A DNA stretch of 64,000 bases from Eledone cirrhosa. Lineage: Eukaryota. The stretch lies in assembly GCA_964016885.1 (NCBI GenBank), contig OZ024762.1, forward strand, positions 20,770,001 to 20,834,000. Direction: 5' to 3'. Below the pieces are notes generated by a model. It did no database searches. It saw only the letters and a list, made by a program, of their open reading frames with translations, and was not told where the DNA came from. Each line of letters begins with the position of its first letter. Position 1 is the first letter of the stretch. Positions 50,600-64,000 of this stretch are shown here, one piece after another. The translations under genes and the position numbers were made by a program.

Positions 50600-51055
50600 G
50601 AAGAATCAGTGCCGTCCCTAGGAGTATTGGATTTGGTGTACTTCATATCTGTTTCAGTTGCTGAATACAATCAGGGGTCACTGCTTCTCCTGAAGGTCAA
50701 TAGTTCTCTTCTAACTCGAGCGGGAGTGCCTTTCCCTTGTCAATTTGCATTGATCATCTGCAAAGCCTCATTGTTCTCAGAACCACTACACCAGTCTTTC
50801 GATCCGTGCAGCTGGAACTACTGCCACCATTGATTTGGCAGGATTTTTTTTTTTTTAGATGGCCGTTGACTTTTATGAGTTCTTTCGCCCTTTGTCAGGT
50901 TTTGTTTTTTGTCCTGCAGGGTGTCCAAAATCACCCTCCTCACCAAGTAAACTTGGGGGGGGGGGGGGGGGTTGCCGGTTTAGTCACCGATGACTCGACC
51001 ATGTGACAGGTTGTACTGGGTTACATGGTACCAGTAGCACTCAAGAGTGACCTGA
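50600..51055 (-). mobile_element. Probable LINE (RTE) 5' region with a structured leader
   Basis: GC-rich island with no long intact ORF; the minus-strand leader folds HDV-ribozyme-like (see findings). Confidence 0.45.
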
Positions 51056-51689
51056 AGCAATAACACATTATTAGTTTCATGCTTGATTAGTTTCATGCTT
51101 GATGGAAAATGTAAATAAATGTTTCAATGTATCGGACATTAGTCCTTCATCTCGAAAGAGCAAAGTTTGGAGGAAAAGGAGATTGAAAGGTTGAGGGCGG
51201 GGGTGAGGGTTTTGAGGATGGGTGTGGAGAGTTAGCAAGTATATTTTGATTGTGGCCTACCAACAACACAGTAACCCTAAAAAACATTCACTCTGCCATT
51301 GCTCCAGAAGTTCCAAACAATATTGACTGAGACAAACTAGAAAACAGCAGTACTATATAATCAATAATATATGTTTTAGTGTGCTTTCACACTAAATTAT
51401 AAATTGTAACATAACCATGTCGAAATTTTTTGCACTTATAAAAATGAAAATATACATCATCATCATCCTGTAATGTTTGGTTTTCACTGCTAGCAAGGGC
51501 TGGATGTCAATGAATGTATATATGTGTGTATGTATTTATTTTTATATTTATATATATGTATATATATATGTATATATATATATTATATATATAGCTATAT
51601 TAGATATTTTATAGATATATTAGATATATTATTGATATATTAGATATATATCTATATATAGATGGTTGCGTGAAAGATTGATGATGATG

Positions 51690-51740
<51 letters not shown>

Positions 51741-51798
51741 CTTTGATAGGTTTCAGCCTGTATTGGCCCAGGCCATGTCTAACTTAATAGCACCACCT

Positions 51799-51849
<51 letters not shown>

Positions 51850-51864
<15 letters not shown>

Positions 51865-51877
51865 TTATATATATATA

Positions 51878-51916
<39 letters not shown>

Positions 51917-52599
51917 TATATTATATATACAGATAGATATATTATATATACAGATAGATATATTATATATACAGATAGATATATTATATATACAGATAGA
52001 TATATTATATATACAGATAGATATATTATATATATAGATAGATATATTATATATATAGATAGATATATTATATATATAGATAGATATATTATAAATATAG
52101 ATAGATATATTATATATACAGATAGATATATTATATATACAGATAGATATATTATATATACAGATAGATATATTATATATACAGATAGATATATTATATA
52201 TACAGATAGATATATTATATATACAGATAGATATATTATATATACAGATAGATATATTATATATATAGATAGATATATTATATATATAGATAGATATATT
52301 ATATATATAGATAGATATATTATATATATAGATAGATATATTATATATATAGATAGATATATTATATATAGATAGATAGATATATTATATATAGATAGAT
52401 AGATATATTATATATAGATAGATAGATATATTATATATAGATAGATAGATATATTATATATAGATAGATAGATATATTATATATAGATAGATAGATATAT
52501 TGTATATAGATAGATATATTATATATATATATATATAGATAGATATATTATATATATATATATATATAGATAGATATATATATATATATATATAGATAG

Positions 52600-52674
<75 letters not shown>

Positions 52675-53399
52675 ATATTATATATATATATATATATATA
52701 GATATATTATATATATATATATATAGATATATTATATATATATATATATATAGATAGATATATTATATATATATATATATATATAGATAGATATAGATAG
52801 ATATATAGATAGATATATTATAGATAGATATATTATAGATAGATATATTATAGATAGATATATTATAGATAGATATATTATAGATAGATATATATATTAT
52901 ATATAGATAGATATATTATAGATAGATATATATATTATATATAGATAGATATATTATATATATATATAGATATATTATATATATATAGATATATTATATA
53001 TATAGATAGATATATTATATATATATATAGATAGATATATTATATATATATATATAGATAGATATATTATATATATATATATATAGATAGATATATTATA
53101 TATATATATAGATAGATATATTATATATATATATAGATAGATATATTATATATATATATAGATAGATATATTATATATATATATAGATAGATATATTATA
53201 TATATATATAGATAGATATATTATATATATATAGATAGATATATTATATATATATATAGATAGATATATTATATATATATATAGATAGATATATTATATA
53301 TATATATATAGATAGATATATTATATATATATATATAGATAGATATATTATATATATATATATAGATAGATATATTATATTATATATATAGATAGATAG

Positions 53400-53437
<38 letters not shown>

Positions 53438-53683
53438 TAGATATATTATATATATATATAGATAGATATATTATATATATATATAGATAGATATATTATA
53501 TATATATATATAGATAGATATATTATATATATATATATAGATAGATATATTATATATATATATATAGATAGATATATTATATATATATATATAGATAGAT
53601 AGATATTATATATATATATATAGATAGATAGATATTATATATATATATAGATAGATAGATATATTATATATATAGATAGATAG

Positions 53684-53715
<32 letters not shown>

Positions 53716-53923
53716 GATAGATATATTATATATATATAGATAGATATATTATATATATATATATAGATAGATATATTATATATATATATATATAGATAGA
53801 TATATTATATATATATATATATAGATAGATATATTATATATATATATATATAGATAGATACATTATATATATATATATATATATAGATACATTATATATA
53901 TATATATATATATAGATAGATAG

Positions 53924-53963
<40 letters not shown>

Positions 53964-53965
53964 TA
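51850..53965. repeat. (GATA)/(TA) compound satellite (AGATAGATATATTATATATA, ~20-28 bp)
   Basis: Direct inspection. Confidence 0.95.
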
Positions 53966-54357
53966 TGAGAGAGAGATGAACTATATAAAAACCCATTTCA
54001 AAAGCGTGAAAAAGTGGTAAAAAAAGGTTGGTAGGTGAGGAATGAATGATGTTTGAATAATATATTTTGTTAAGAATATTTGATAATGTCATCATATTCA
54101 GTTGAGTGTTTGTTTTCATTTTAATAGTTTTTTTTTTAGGTTTTGGTATTTATGGAGATGGTGAGGGCTTTACCTTCCCATATTAGTGCAAATTAAATGG
54201 ATGGATATTGTGTCTGTGTTTCATTATGAGGGAGAAAATTGACAGTCATCAGAATGTTGGATAGAATGGTTTGTGGTCTTAATTTCGGCTATCTGTGCTC
54301 TCTGACTGAGTTCAAATCCCACCATGGTCAATCTTGCTTTCATCCTTTAGATAATAT

Positions 54358-54892
54358 AGTCCTGGGTGAACTGTGCCTTTGTAATTGATACCTTTGGTTC
54401 AAAAGATCTGCTTGATCAGAACAAAGCTAGAGTTATCTTGTAACAAACTGTATAATCTTTGAAAAGGACACATTAGAGCATGTAGTTGTAGGTGAAGTGA
54501 ACCTCCCATACCTTTGATCTTAAGATCTGCTTGATCAGAACTAAGCTAGAATTATCTTATATCAAACTGTACAGTGTTAGCAAAGGACACATTAGAGCAT
54601 GTAGACCTAGGTGAACTGTGCCTCTGTAATACATTGGATCAAAAGATTTGCTTGAATTATCTCGCGTCAAACAGTACAGTCGTAAAAAATGATGAAATTA
54701 GGGCATGTAGTTCTTAGGCCCTGTAATATCTTGAATCAAAATATCTGCTTTATCAGTACAAATCTAGAATTATCTCATATCAAACTGTACAGTTATAAAA
54801 AAAGGACACATTAAAGCATGTAGTTCTAGGTAAACTGAGCCTCTGTGATATCTTGGATCAAAAGATCTGCTTGATCAGTACAAATCTAGAGC
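54358..54892. repeat. ~120-bp diverged tandem repeat, ~4.5 copies
   Basis: AAGATCTGCTTGATCAG...CTAGAATTATC...AAGGACACATTAGAGCATGTAG recurs at ~54402, 54522, 54643, 54741 and 54862. Confidence 0.8.
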
Positions 54893-55381
54893 TAAAGATT
54901 AGATCAGCAATTTTTTCCTTTTATTTCATACACAGCAGTTTATCATTTCAGCAATATGTATAACATTTCTTCAAGTTTTCTTGAAGCAGAACTACTTGTA
55001 AATACATTTAAATGTTACACAATACCTGAACTTTGTCATTTAATTCTTTTAACACTTCAGTTCTGTATAAAACTTAATGTCAAGTGTGCGTACTTTCTAC
55101 ATACTGAGTGGGGTGAGGAGGGGAAGGTCGATGTTGTGGATAATTTGCTTGTATAATCATAATTAATGGATGTGTCATATTTATTTACTTTATAAAGCTA
55201 CATTTCATTGATATGTTTTCATATCTTTTGAATTATATATTACTATAATTTACAGTGTTTTTTATCTGTTTGTTCTTCTCCCTTGGAACATGGGAAGTAA
55301 TATCAATGAATTGAGTTACAAACACACACACACACACAGATATACACATGCACACATATATACATATATACACACAGAGGG

Positions 55382-55435
<54 letters not shown>

Positions 55436-55621
55436 ATATGAAGACATTTCTACATTTCCATACTACGAGTTTTTAAAAAATAACTGTTATGTACATTTTA
55501 GAGGTGTTAAACAGTAGTTACATAAGCCTAATACATCATCAGATGAGATTTCATTAAGTAGGTGATATGCAGACTCTGAGTCATAAGTTATTGATTGTTC
55601 AAAATTCACTCAACATCTTTC

Positions 55622-55665
<44 letters not shown>

Positions 55666-56269
55666 TGTCACCAACACAACCACTTTACAGTGTGGGCTGG
55701 GCACTTTTTGTTGTCATCCACACGACCACTTTTGATGATGATATATATATATCCTGAGGAACTGCTTTACCCTCCACAAACTTCTCATTGCTGTGCAGTG
55801 TACCTTCTTAGCCCCAAGCAGGCCATCACTACCATCCATTACTGTTCCAGACTTACTTGCAATATAAGATTTAACACTAGCTGGCAACAGCCAAAAGTCC
55901 TCATGAGGTTCAGTGGCCTCAACCTTCACTCAACATTGAACCTACCAGTCCTGGTCTACCTGTTATTCAACATCTCCAGCTACATCCATATCAACGAGAT
56001 TCCCCACAAAAAATCTGAACTGAATGTGGACCAGGAACTCAAATCAGTTCTGACCAGTTGAGTTGATGAATGTGGACCAGGAACTTGTGCGGAAATTAGA
56101 AATCATTATTATTACCCCTTATTATTATTACCAAAGTTCTGCTGAGGTTAACTTGCCTTTCATCATTATGGGGTCGATATTAATAAAGTACCAGTAATGC
56201 ACTGGGGTAATTGCTGGCCTTGTGCCAAAATGTAGAAACAATTATTATTACCCTTATTTGTATTGTCGT

Positions 56270-57462
56270 TACCTTTATTAATTAAGGGCAGATTGTATGA
56301 GGCATGTATATAAACTGCAATGCTGCATGTCAGTGAGACACGCAGAAGACCTATGTAGATTGGAAAGAAATGAAGTTTGCTTGCTCTAATGGATGTGTAA
56401 TAATACATGAACAGGAAAGTGTAAATGAACTGAGAGAAACTAGGCACAAGGCGGATTAGATGCAGTATGCTAGAGAGAAGATTGCATTGGTATGGGCATG
56501 TGATGTGTATGATGGATGACAGCTGTAGAAAAATGAGAAGGGTGATCAAATTTGATAGAAGCTATGGAATGGGGAGACCCAGGAAGACCTGGGATGAGGT
56601 GATAAGAGCTGACTTTGCACAATTGCACCTATTAAAGTCGATGACACAGGATCGAGATCTCTGACATTATGCAGTAATACAGAAGACCCACCTTATGTGC
56701 ATGGGTTGAAGCATACATCTAGTACGCACCACATTTCCCTCCCCCTTCCATACATCTCCCACGTCTTAACACTCCACCTTTCACTAGATAAGTCCCCCAC
56801 CCAGCTCCCAGTCCACAAAAAGTGATCGTTTTAGTGTCACAACAAAAATCATGCAGACCACACTGTAAAGTGGTTGTATTGGTGACAAGACAACAATTGC
56901 CCAGCCCACATTGTAAAGTGTTTGAGTTGGTGACGCAACAAAAAGTGCTCAGCCTACACTGTAAAGAGGTTGTGTTGGTGACAAGACAAACATTGCCCAG
57001 CCCACATTGTAAAGTGTTTGAGTTGGTGACACAACAAAAAGTGCTCAGCCCACACTGTAAAGAGGTTGTGTTGGTGACAAGACAAACATTTCCCAGCCCA
57101 CATTGTAAAGTGTTTGAGTTGGTGACACAACAAAAAGTGCTCAGCCCACACTGTAAAGAGGTTGTGTTGGTGACAAGACAAACATTGCCCAGCCCACATT
57201 GTAAAGTGTTTGAGTTGGTGACACAACAAAAAGTGCTCAGCCCACACTGTAAAGTGGTTGTGTTGGTGACAAGACAAAAAGCAGCCAGTGCGCACTGTAA
57301 ATGTGTTTAGCATTAGGGAGGGCATCCATCCATAGAAATCAAGTCAAAATCAGCTCTGTATGAATAAGACATGGCCATCTGATTTAGCTTGACTCACAAC
57401 GGGACAACTTGTCTGACCCAGGCTAGCATGGAAAAATGGACATTAAACGATGATGATTATCA
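56270..57462 (+). mobile_element. RTE-like LINE 3' end with a 96-bp (2x48) higher-order repeat in its UTR
   Basis: ERRLHWYGHVMCMMDDSC...GRPRKTWDEV (56467-56664), alternating repeats at 56850-57300, and tail AGGGCATCCA...GCTAGCATGG...GGACATTAAACGATGATG. Confidence 0.85.
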
Positions 57463-58719
57463 TCATCACCACCACCACCATTACCATCATTAGTATCATC
57501 CTCATTACGATTATTATTATTATTATTATAATGCCACCGAGGTTAGCTTTGCCTTTCATCCTTATAGGGTTGATAAAGTACCAGTAATGCACTGGGGTCA
57601 ATTTAATTAACTTCCCCTTCCCCAAAATTTCTGGCCTTGTGCCTATATAAGAAACCATTATTAAGGGCGGTGGTTAGGCAGTATCGGTAGAGCATCAGAC
57701 ACCATGCTTTGCAGCTTAGGAGTTATGGCCCTTTACGTTCTGAGTTCAAATCCCGCCAGGTTAACTTTGCCTTTCATCCTCACAGGGTTGATAAAATAAA
57801 GCACCAGTAATGCACTGGGTAAATGCTGGCCTTGTGCTAACAGTAGAAACATTATTATTATTATTTCACATGAGAAGTATTGTATTTGGACTGTCTTTAA
57901 AGATTAGCAGCGGTGATTAAACAGGGAAGCAGTTGATACGGAGAAATGTTAAAGATGGATAGAAACAAATATAATTACAAAATTTGGCAAATTAGATCTG
58001 GTATCAGATACAGTTTGAGCAGCTGCCAGCCAATTCTTATCTGCAAAGATCAAGAATAAGACAACCACCAGCTTATGACTATCAATAGCTTTATTCAACA
58101 GCTCTTTTTTTTAATTTTTGATATGATGATCACTACTTCTTAAATTATTCATGTTTTAATACTGATAACTTAAATGATAATGGTATAAACCAGTATGGCT
58201 TGGAACAAGATTAACAGAGAGCAACATATCCATATATTCAAAAATAGTGGCCATTTTAATTAAACATTTTTTATCTAAAGTATTTAAGTCCCCTGTCAGA
58301 GACCTTAAGTGTTTTGTAGATTAAAACTGGTATACTGTTTCGAACACATTATGTGCTAGGTATTTCGAATGGAACATGCTAGAAATTTTTGCTCATATTC
58401 TAATAGTTTTTGTTCTTTGATACACCAAAATCTTTAGAAAGGGTTTTCTCATATTTTTCTTTTTGATTTTGGTTTAGACTGTTAAATTTGTGTCGATCTT
58501 TCTTTGGTCAAATGTTGAAACGCAGAAAATTGCAATAGAAATATACATGTATTTCTCACAAAAAAACTTTTTTTTCCGTTTCTTCCTCTTCTTACTCTCA
58601 TCTATGTTTCTCCTTCTTCTTTAACCTTTCATTCTATTTTCTGATGAAGGACCATCGTTCGGAATGTTAAGATTTTTTTCCTACTTTATGAAGCATTAAA
58701 CTAATATATATATATATGT

Positions 58720-59020
58720 ATCATCATCATCATATGTCCACTTTTCCTTGCTTGCAAGGGTGGGACGGGTCCTTTTCAGCACAGCATCTCTCCATTGGTC
58801 ACGGTCCTTCGTAATTTCTTCTGCTCCTACTACACCTCTTGTGTACCCAAGATCTGCATTGTGTACATTCTATAGAATTTATGCCAATTCCTTTTCTACA
58901 TATTGAACATGGCCATTTCCATGATGGAATCAGTTTTGTCCTCTTTCCTACTTATCAACACTTTAGTCTTAGCTAGGTTCACTTCCAGTCCTCTTGATTC
59001 CAACTGCTGTTTCCATGCGT
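58720..59020 (-). mobile_element. Fragmented RTE-like LINE pieces
   Basis: (CAT)n tail and CTTGCAAGGGTGGGACGG. The minus strand of 58950-59015 encodes WKQQLESRGLEVNLAKTKVLIS (RT C-terminal motif). Confidence 0.65.
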
Positions 59021-59434
59021 TTCACACACACATTTACCTCATAGGAGCAACTGTTCTCTGAGCTGGAGGATGGGGAATGGACTCTGATAGAGCACAGTTA
59101 TTTCTATGAGAGAGAGAGTATGTGTATATGGTGTCATGTAGGAATTTAGGAATTCAAAATTCAACCATAAATTTTAGATGATACCTATATTAAATTTTTC
59201 TTCATATCATAACAATTTAGGTAGTATTTAAATCATAAATACCAATATTGTAGTGAGCATGTGGAAAACAAGAGTTTTAAAAGAAAATAGTGCTTTATTA
59301 GGAAGCTATCCCACTGCTAATGGTGCATTACATGTTAAAGATACAATAACAAAGATGTTGGGGTGTTACCTTACAGTTGTTTAATGATTCTTATATTTCG
59401 GGGTAAAAGAATAATTGAGGAAACTAATCTGGAG

Positions 59435-59800
59435 CAGGATATCTTGTGTTATTCTTTTGCTGCCATTTTTTAGTTTAAAAACTTATTATATGAGGCTCCC
59501 CCACCCCTCCAGGATATCTTGTCACTTTTTTTATGCCATTTTTTAGTTTAAGAACCTAATATCATATGAGGACCACCCCCACCCTTCCAGGATATCTTGT
59601 CACTCTTTTGCTGCTATTTTTTAGTTTGAGAACCTAATATTATATAGAAAAAACCCCAGAAAACCCAAGATATCTTGTGTCAATCTTATACTGCCATTTT
59701 AAAATTTAAAAGCCTAATATTATATGACACCTCGCAAAAAAACCCAGGATATCTTCTGTCTCCCTTATGCTGCCATTTTTTAATTCAAGAACCTAATATA
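59435..59800. repeat. ~77-bp diverged tandem repeat, ~5 copies
   Basis: CAGGATATCTTGT...TGCCATTTTTTAGTTTAAGAACCTAATAT recurs at ~59435, 59510, 59588, 59667 and 59746. Confidence 0.8.
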
Positions 59801-61319
59801 TGGAAAAAAAAAAAAAAAAGAAATCCCAACATTCGTTGTTTTTTCAAAGATTTTAGAGATTTATAATAAAGATAATAGTAATTAATTAAAAATTACTAAT
59901 CAATAAAAAAAATAGTCTGTAATCAATGGTAAAACAAAAGAAAGAAAAACATAACAAAAAACCCTAGGTGAATCGTAATCAAAATGTTATCAGCAACTCT
60001 GATGAATTGGAACACTGTTGGAATTGAAGATGTTTTCGATGGCGTGTTTGTAAATAATGAAACTGTGATTGTGTTGAGATAAAACAGATGGTAGGACATT
60101 TCTATAAGGAACGATAGGGTATAAGTATAAAGAAAAGCAAGAGCAAAAAGAAAAAAAAGAAATCCTTGTGTTTTATTTTATATTTTACTGTTTACTGCTG
60201 GGATTCTTGGATCTTTCACTTACTTGCTTATGCAGATTTATGCTCAATCTGGAACTGACAGTTGCATTTGTTGGTTGGAAAATAATGGTAGAAGAATGGA
60301 GATGTTTTGTTGTAGTATTTTGTTTGATTTTATTATCTTTACAATATTTTATATGCAGTTTTGTTTGTGTTCCATGCTGGCACGAAGTTTTATATTTTTC
60401 CTTCTCTGTCCACTGACAATTCCAGTACATTCTTACTGTGTACTGTGCTTCAGTGGGAGTTGTTTGGTCCTTTTGTTGTAGTAGCACTAATATATTGTTG
60501 TGAGACACGTTGCTTCTAAAAGAAATTGGTGGTGGTGTTATATTATTGCAGTGGTTAACAGGTTAGTTGTAATATATTATTGTGAGAGACATTGCTTCAG
60601 TAGAAATATGGTTTTGTTATGTTACTGCAGCATTCCTTCGACATATGTGAGATTCACTCTCACTACTCTTGCCCAGGTTTTCCTTGGCCTTCCTCTACTG
60701 CAGCTTCCTTCCACTTGGGTAACTGGTTCACTTTGTAGTAAATTGTTGTGAGACGCATTTCTTCAGTAAAAAATATGGTTAGTGTTATGTTGTTACAGTG
60801 GTTATTGAGTGGTTAACAGGTGTACTTTGTAATGGCATATCTTTGTGGTTCTCATTTACAGTCAACACTTTCATTACCACTCACCGCAATCCTTCGTCAT
60901 CTCCTCTGTGATGTTCAACATTTTGAGATCAGCTCTAACCACCTCTACCCAGTCCTTTTTTGGTTGATCTTTACTGCAGATTCCTTCCACTGGCATCACC
61001 TGGCACATCTTTACCCAGTGTTCCTCGTCCATACCATATTTCTAACAACACACATTATTAATAATTTTCTCATTTTGAAATTAAGAATTTGAATGGGTTT
61101 TAATAATTGTTTCTACTTTTGGCACAAGGCCAGCAATTACCCAATGCATTACTGGTACTTTATTCTATCGGCCCCAGAAGGATGAAAGGCGGGATTTGAA
61201 CTCAGATCATACAGGGAGGTAACTCTATGATTCAAAGCATGGCATCCGACCCTCTACCGATACTGCCAATCCACCGCCTTATGGGTTTTAATAATGTAAC
61301 TAACTTTCTCATTAATATT

Positions 61320-61690
61320 CTGGTGTTTGGAACATAACTTAACAATGGTTCTTACATAAAATTATGATGGGAAGTTTTTACATAAATATAAACACTTCAA
61401 AATAAACAGTTTTGATCATAAAACAAAGAGTGGTGTCTGATGGTTTGGTATCAAAACAGTTAAAGGTTCTTACAATAAAATTATGATGGAAGGCTTTTAC
61501 ATAAATATAAGCACTTTAAAATAAACAGTTTTGTATCATCAGAGACCAGGGGTGGTTTCAGGTAGTTTGGTATTAACAGGATTAACAAAAATTCTTACAT
61601 ATAATTGTGATGGAATGTTTCTAGATAAATATAAACACTTTAAAATAGTTTTGTGTCATAGAACTAGGGGAAATTTCAGGTATAAAAAGG
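61320..61690. repeat. ~120-bp tandem repeat, also present at 47150-47540
   Basis: TTCTTACATAAAATTATGATGGAAGG(T/C)TTTTA(G/C)ATAAATATAAACAC occurs three times at each locus. Confidence 0.7.
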
Positions 61691-62854
61691 TTTAGGAGTA
61701 AACCGAGTTATTGATTGCAATGTCTTTGGCAGGAATATAACCACAAAACAATATAACCACAATGTCTGGATACAATAAAATGTTGATTCCTTGACCTCTG
61801 GGTCAGAACCCCAACTACTTAATAAGATTCTTATGAAATTACATTGATCTGAACAGTCAGATATTTCATGGATTTAATCAGATATTTTGTTATGGTATTG
61901 TTTCGTGGTGGCATTGATGGTGTTGGTGTTGGTGTTATTGTTGGTTGTGGTGTTGGTGTTGGTTGTGGCAAGGAAGGAAGTTCTAGGGAGGCACAAGAAG
62001 ACAGTCTCGAGAGAATGTTAAATACAGGCTTTATGTGTGTATGTATGTATGTATGTGTATGTAAATGTATATTTGTGTATGTATATGAGTGTCAGTGTAT
62101 ATATGTATGTGTACGTAAGTATATATATGTGTGTGTGTGTGTGTATATATATACATATATACATATTATATTTCCTTCGAATGAAACAGTTCTAGTCCTG
62201 TAGATATATTAAATACTATATATATATATCCATATAAATATATGTTTATATATATATGTATATTATGTGTATGTTTACATACATATATCTATGTCTGTAT
62301 GTATGCATACATACATGTATGTCTGTATGCATACATACATGTATGTCTGTATGCATACATACATGTATGTCTGTATACAAACATGTATATATATATATAC
62401 ATATACATACATACATACATACTTATATATATATGTGTGTGTGTGTGCATGTATACATACTTATGTGTGTCTGTGTCCATATATATGTACAAACACACAC
62501 ACACACACATATAACTATATATCTGTTTGTCTCCCTAACGAAAAAAAAAAAAAAACCCAAAAAAAAACCAAAACACCCAACAAAAAACGATGAAATAAAC
62601 AAGATGTGATCGAATAAAAATTATTGATGACGTTTCAGACAACGTCGGCCATTTAACTCCTTGACTTATGATTGATTGAAGTTATAAATTTGATTAAGTG
62701 GAATTCTTAAAATTATTGACAAGTCCAAACTGTTGTTATCGACAATATAGTTACGTCCCAAAGGAGACTCCCATCGATTCTCTTGCTTCTCTGTCTGCCT
62801 AATACTTCCATCTAGATATTAGAAATTACCAAATCTCAAAACTACTTTCATAAA

Positions 62855-62898
<44 letters not shown>

Positions 62899-63267
62899 TG
62901 CTCTGTCTGTCCCTCTGTGTCTCTCTCCCTCTGTGTCCCCTCTCTCTTTCACTTGCTCTGTTTCTCTCTCTCTGATTCTCTCTATGTCTCTCTTTCTCCC
63001 TTTGTATCTCCTCATACCTTTCATTGCCCCTCCCATCTCTCGTCTTTGTCTGAGTTCAATTCCAGCCAAGGTCAGTTTTGACATTCATCCTTTTTAAGGT
63101 TATTAAAAAGGGACCAATCCAATACGGGGAATCGATTATTTATTTTTAAATTTTTTTTTTTTTTTTTTCCCCTCTGTCACCTGATCTGACTTGTCTCACA
63201 ATGCCAGGACAACTTGTCTAACCCATGCTAACATAGAAGATGGACATTAAACTGATTATATATATAA

Positions 63268-63317
<50 letters not shown>

Positions 63318-63386
63318 TCATTCAAATGAAGAAAAGTTGGTTGATCAAATACTCCACCGGCTTAAGTCAAGCAGACGTAAAGCCCG

Positions 63387-63439
<53 letters not shown>

Positions 63440-63591
63440 CCCCAGTTATCGACAAGTACTCTGTTGAGTAATGATCTAACTAGTTTTAAACTGGTTCTAT
63501 TCTGATTTATATATATATATATACCCGTCTAACCCATGCTAGCGTGGAAGAACGGACGTAAAACGGTGATGATGATGATGATGATGATACA

Positions 63592-63817
63592 TAGGCATGT
63601 GGCTGAGTGGTTAAAGAATTGGATTTGCAATTGTGAGGTCGTGTTATGTCCTTGAGCAAGACACTTTATTTCCCGTTGCTCTTTCTGCCCGGATTTGCGA
63701 CCGATAGATAGTATAAGCAATTGGAAAGACCAATGGAAACATTGTTTCCTTGGTCCAATTTGACGAGCTACACCCCACTTGTTAAGCGAATGAGGTCTGG
63801 GATCTTATCGATTGACT
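63592..63817 (+). mobile_element. tRNA-derived SINE family C copy
   Basis: GTGGCTGAGTGGTTAAAG head and CCTTGAGCAAGACACTT domain; body shared with 36644-36893. Confidence 0.7.
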
Positions 63818-64000
63818 GTTTATATATATATGAGAGAGAGGGAGATTGGCCCTGTGCAAAGCCTTTCCTCACTTAAAAAAACTTCAGGCATCGCTTGATA
63901 TGTGACAATTTGTGCGATGCATGGTATTGCTGGCCATAGGGTGGAGTGTTTTGGCTAGTTTAGTTAGGGTTTTATAAGGAAACACACACATACACACACA

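Noticed and set aside
50770-50830. Possible duplicated tomosyn exon (TTCGATCCGTGCAG resembles FDPVQ)
   Set aside because: The frame reads FDPCS, the flanks do not match tomosyn, and the true exon is at 33944.
55480-55550. Hammerhead-like CUGAUGA...AUGUACAU-A on the minus strand
   Set aside because: GAAA is replaced by UAAA and stem I does not pair; at most a decayed relic.
59995-60040. CTGATGAATT...AATTGAAG hammerhead-like motif
   Set aside because: No convincing stem I or stem III and no GAAA; compatible with chance.
62620-62660. GAAACGUC hammerhead 3' half on the minus strand
   Set aside because: No CUGANGA upstream, so it cannot be called a ribozyme.

Overview
Eukaryotic, very AT-rich, microsatellite-saturated genomic DNA. 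The (TA)n load and the SINE/LINE families suggest an octopus (coleoid cephalopod) genome; this is inference. The only host protein-coding content I can support is the first two coding exons of a tomosyn (STXBP5/STXBP5L-like) gene on the + strand. Exon 1 CDS is 943-1083 (MSAVMDKMKKFKIKGVLDGL...TLRSEHFEICK) and exon 2 is 33944-34041 ([32 protein letters not shown]). They are separated by a 32.9-kb major-class intron. Exon 2 is followed by a U12-type (minor spliceosome) donor, GTATCCTT, and I found no exon 3 in the remaining ~30 kb. The introns contain three tRNA-derived SINE families, RTE-like LINE 3' ends that share their tail with one SINE, Tc1/mariner- and piggyBac-like MITEs, and several mini- and microsatellites. 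The most unusual signal is a dense set of short, (TA)n-embedded elements carrying type-I hammerhead ribozyme folds, typical of Penelope-like element termini or retrozymes. Some occur as fold-back palindromes. Several of these elements also carry a recurring bulged stem-loop downstream of the ribozyme, and the best-preserved cores lie antisense to the host pre-mRNA. Almost all ORFs in the supplied track are microsatellite artefacts.
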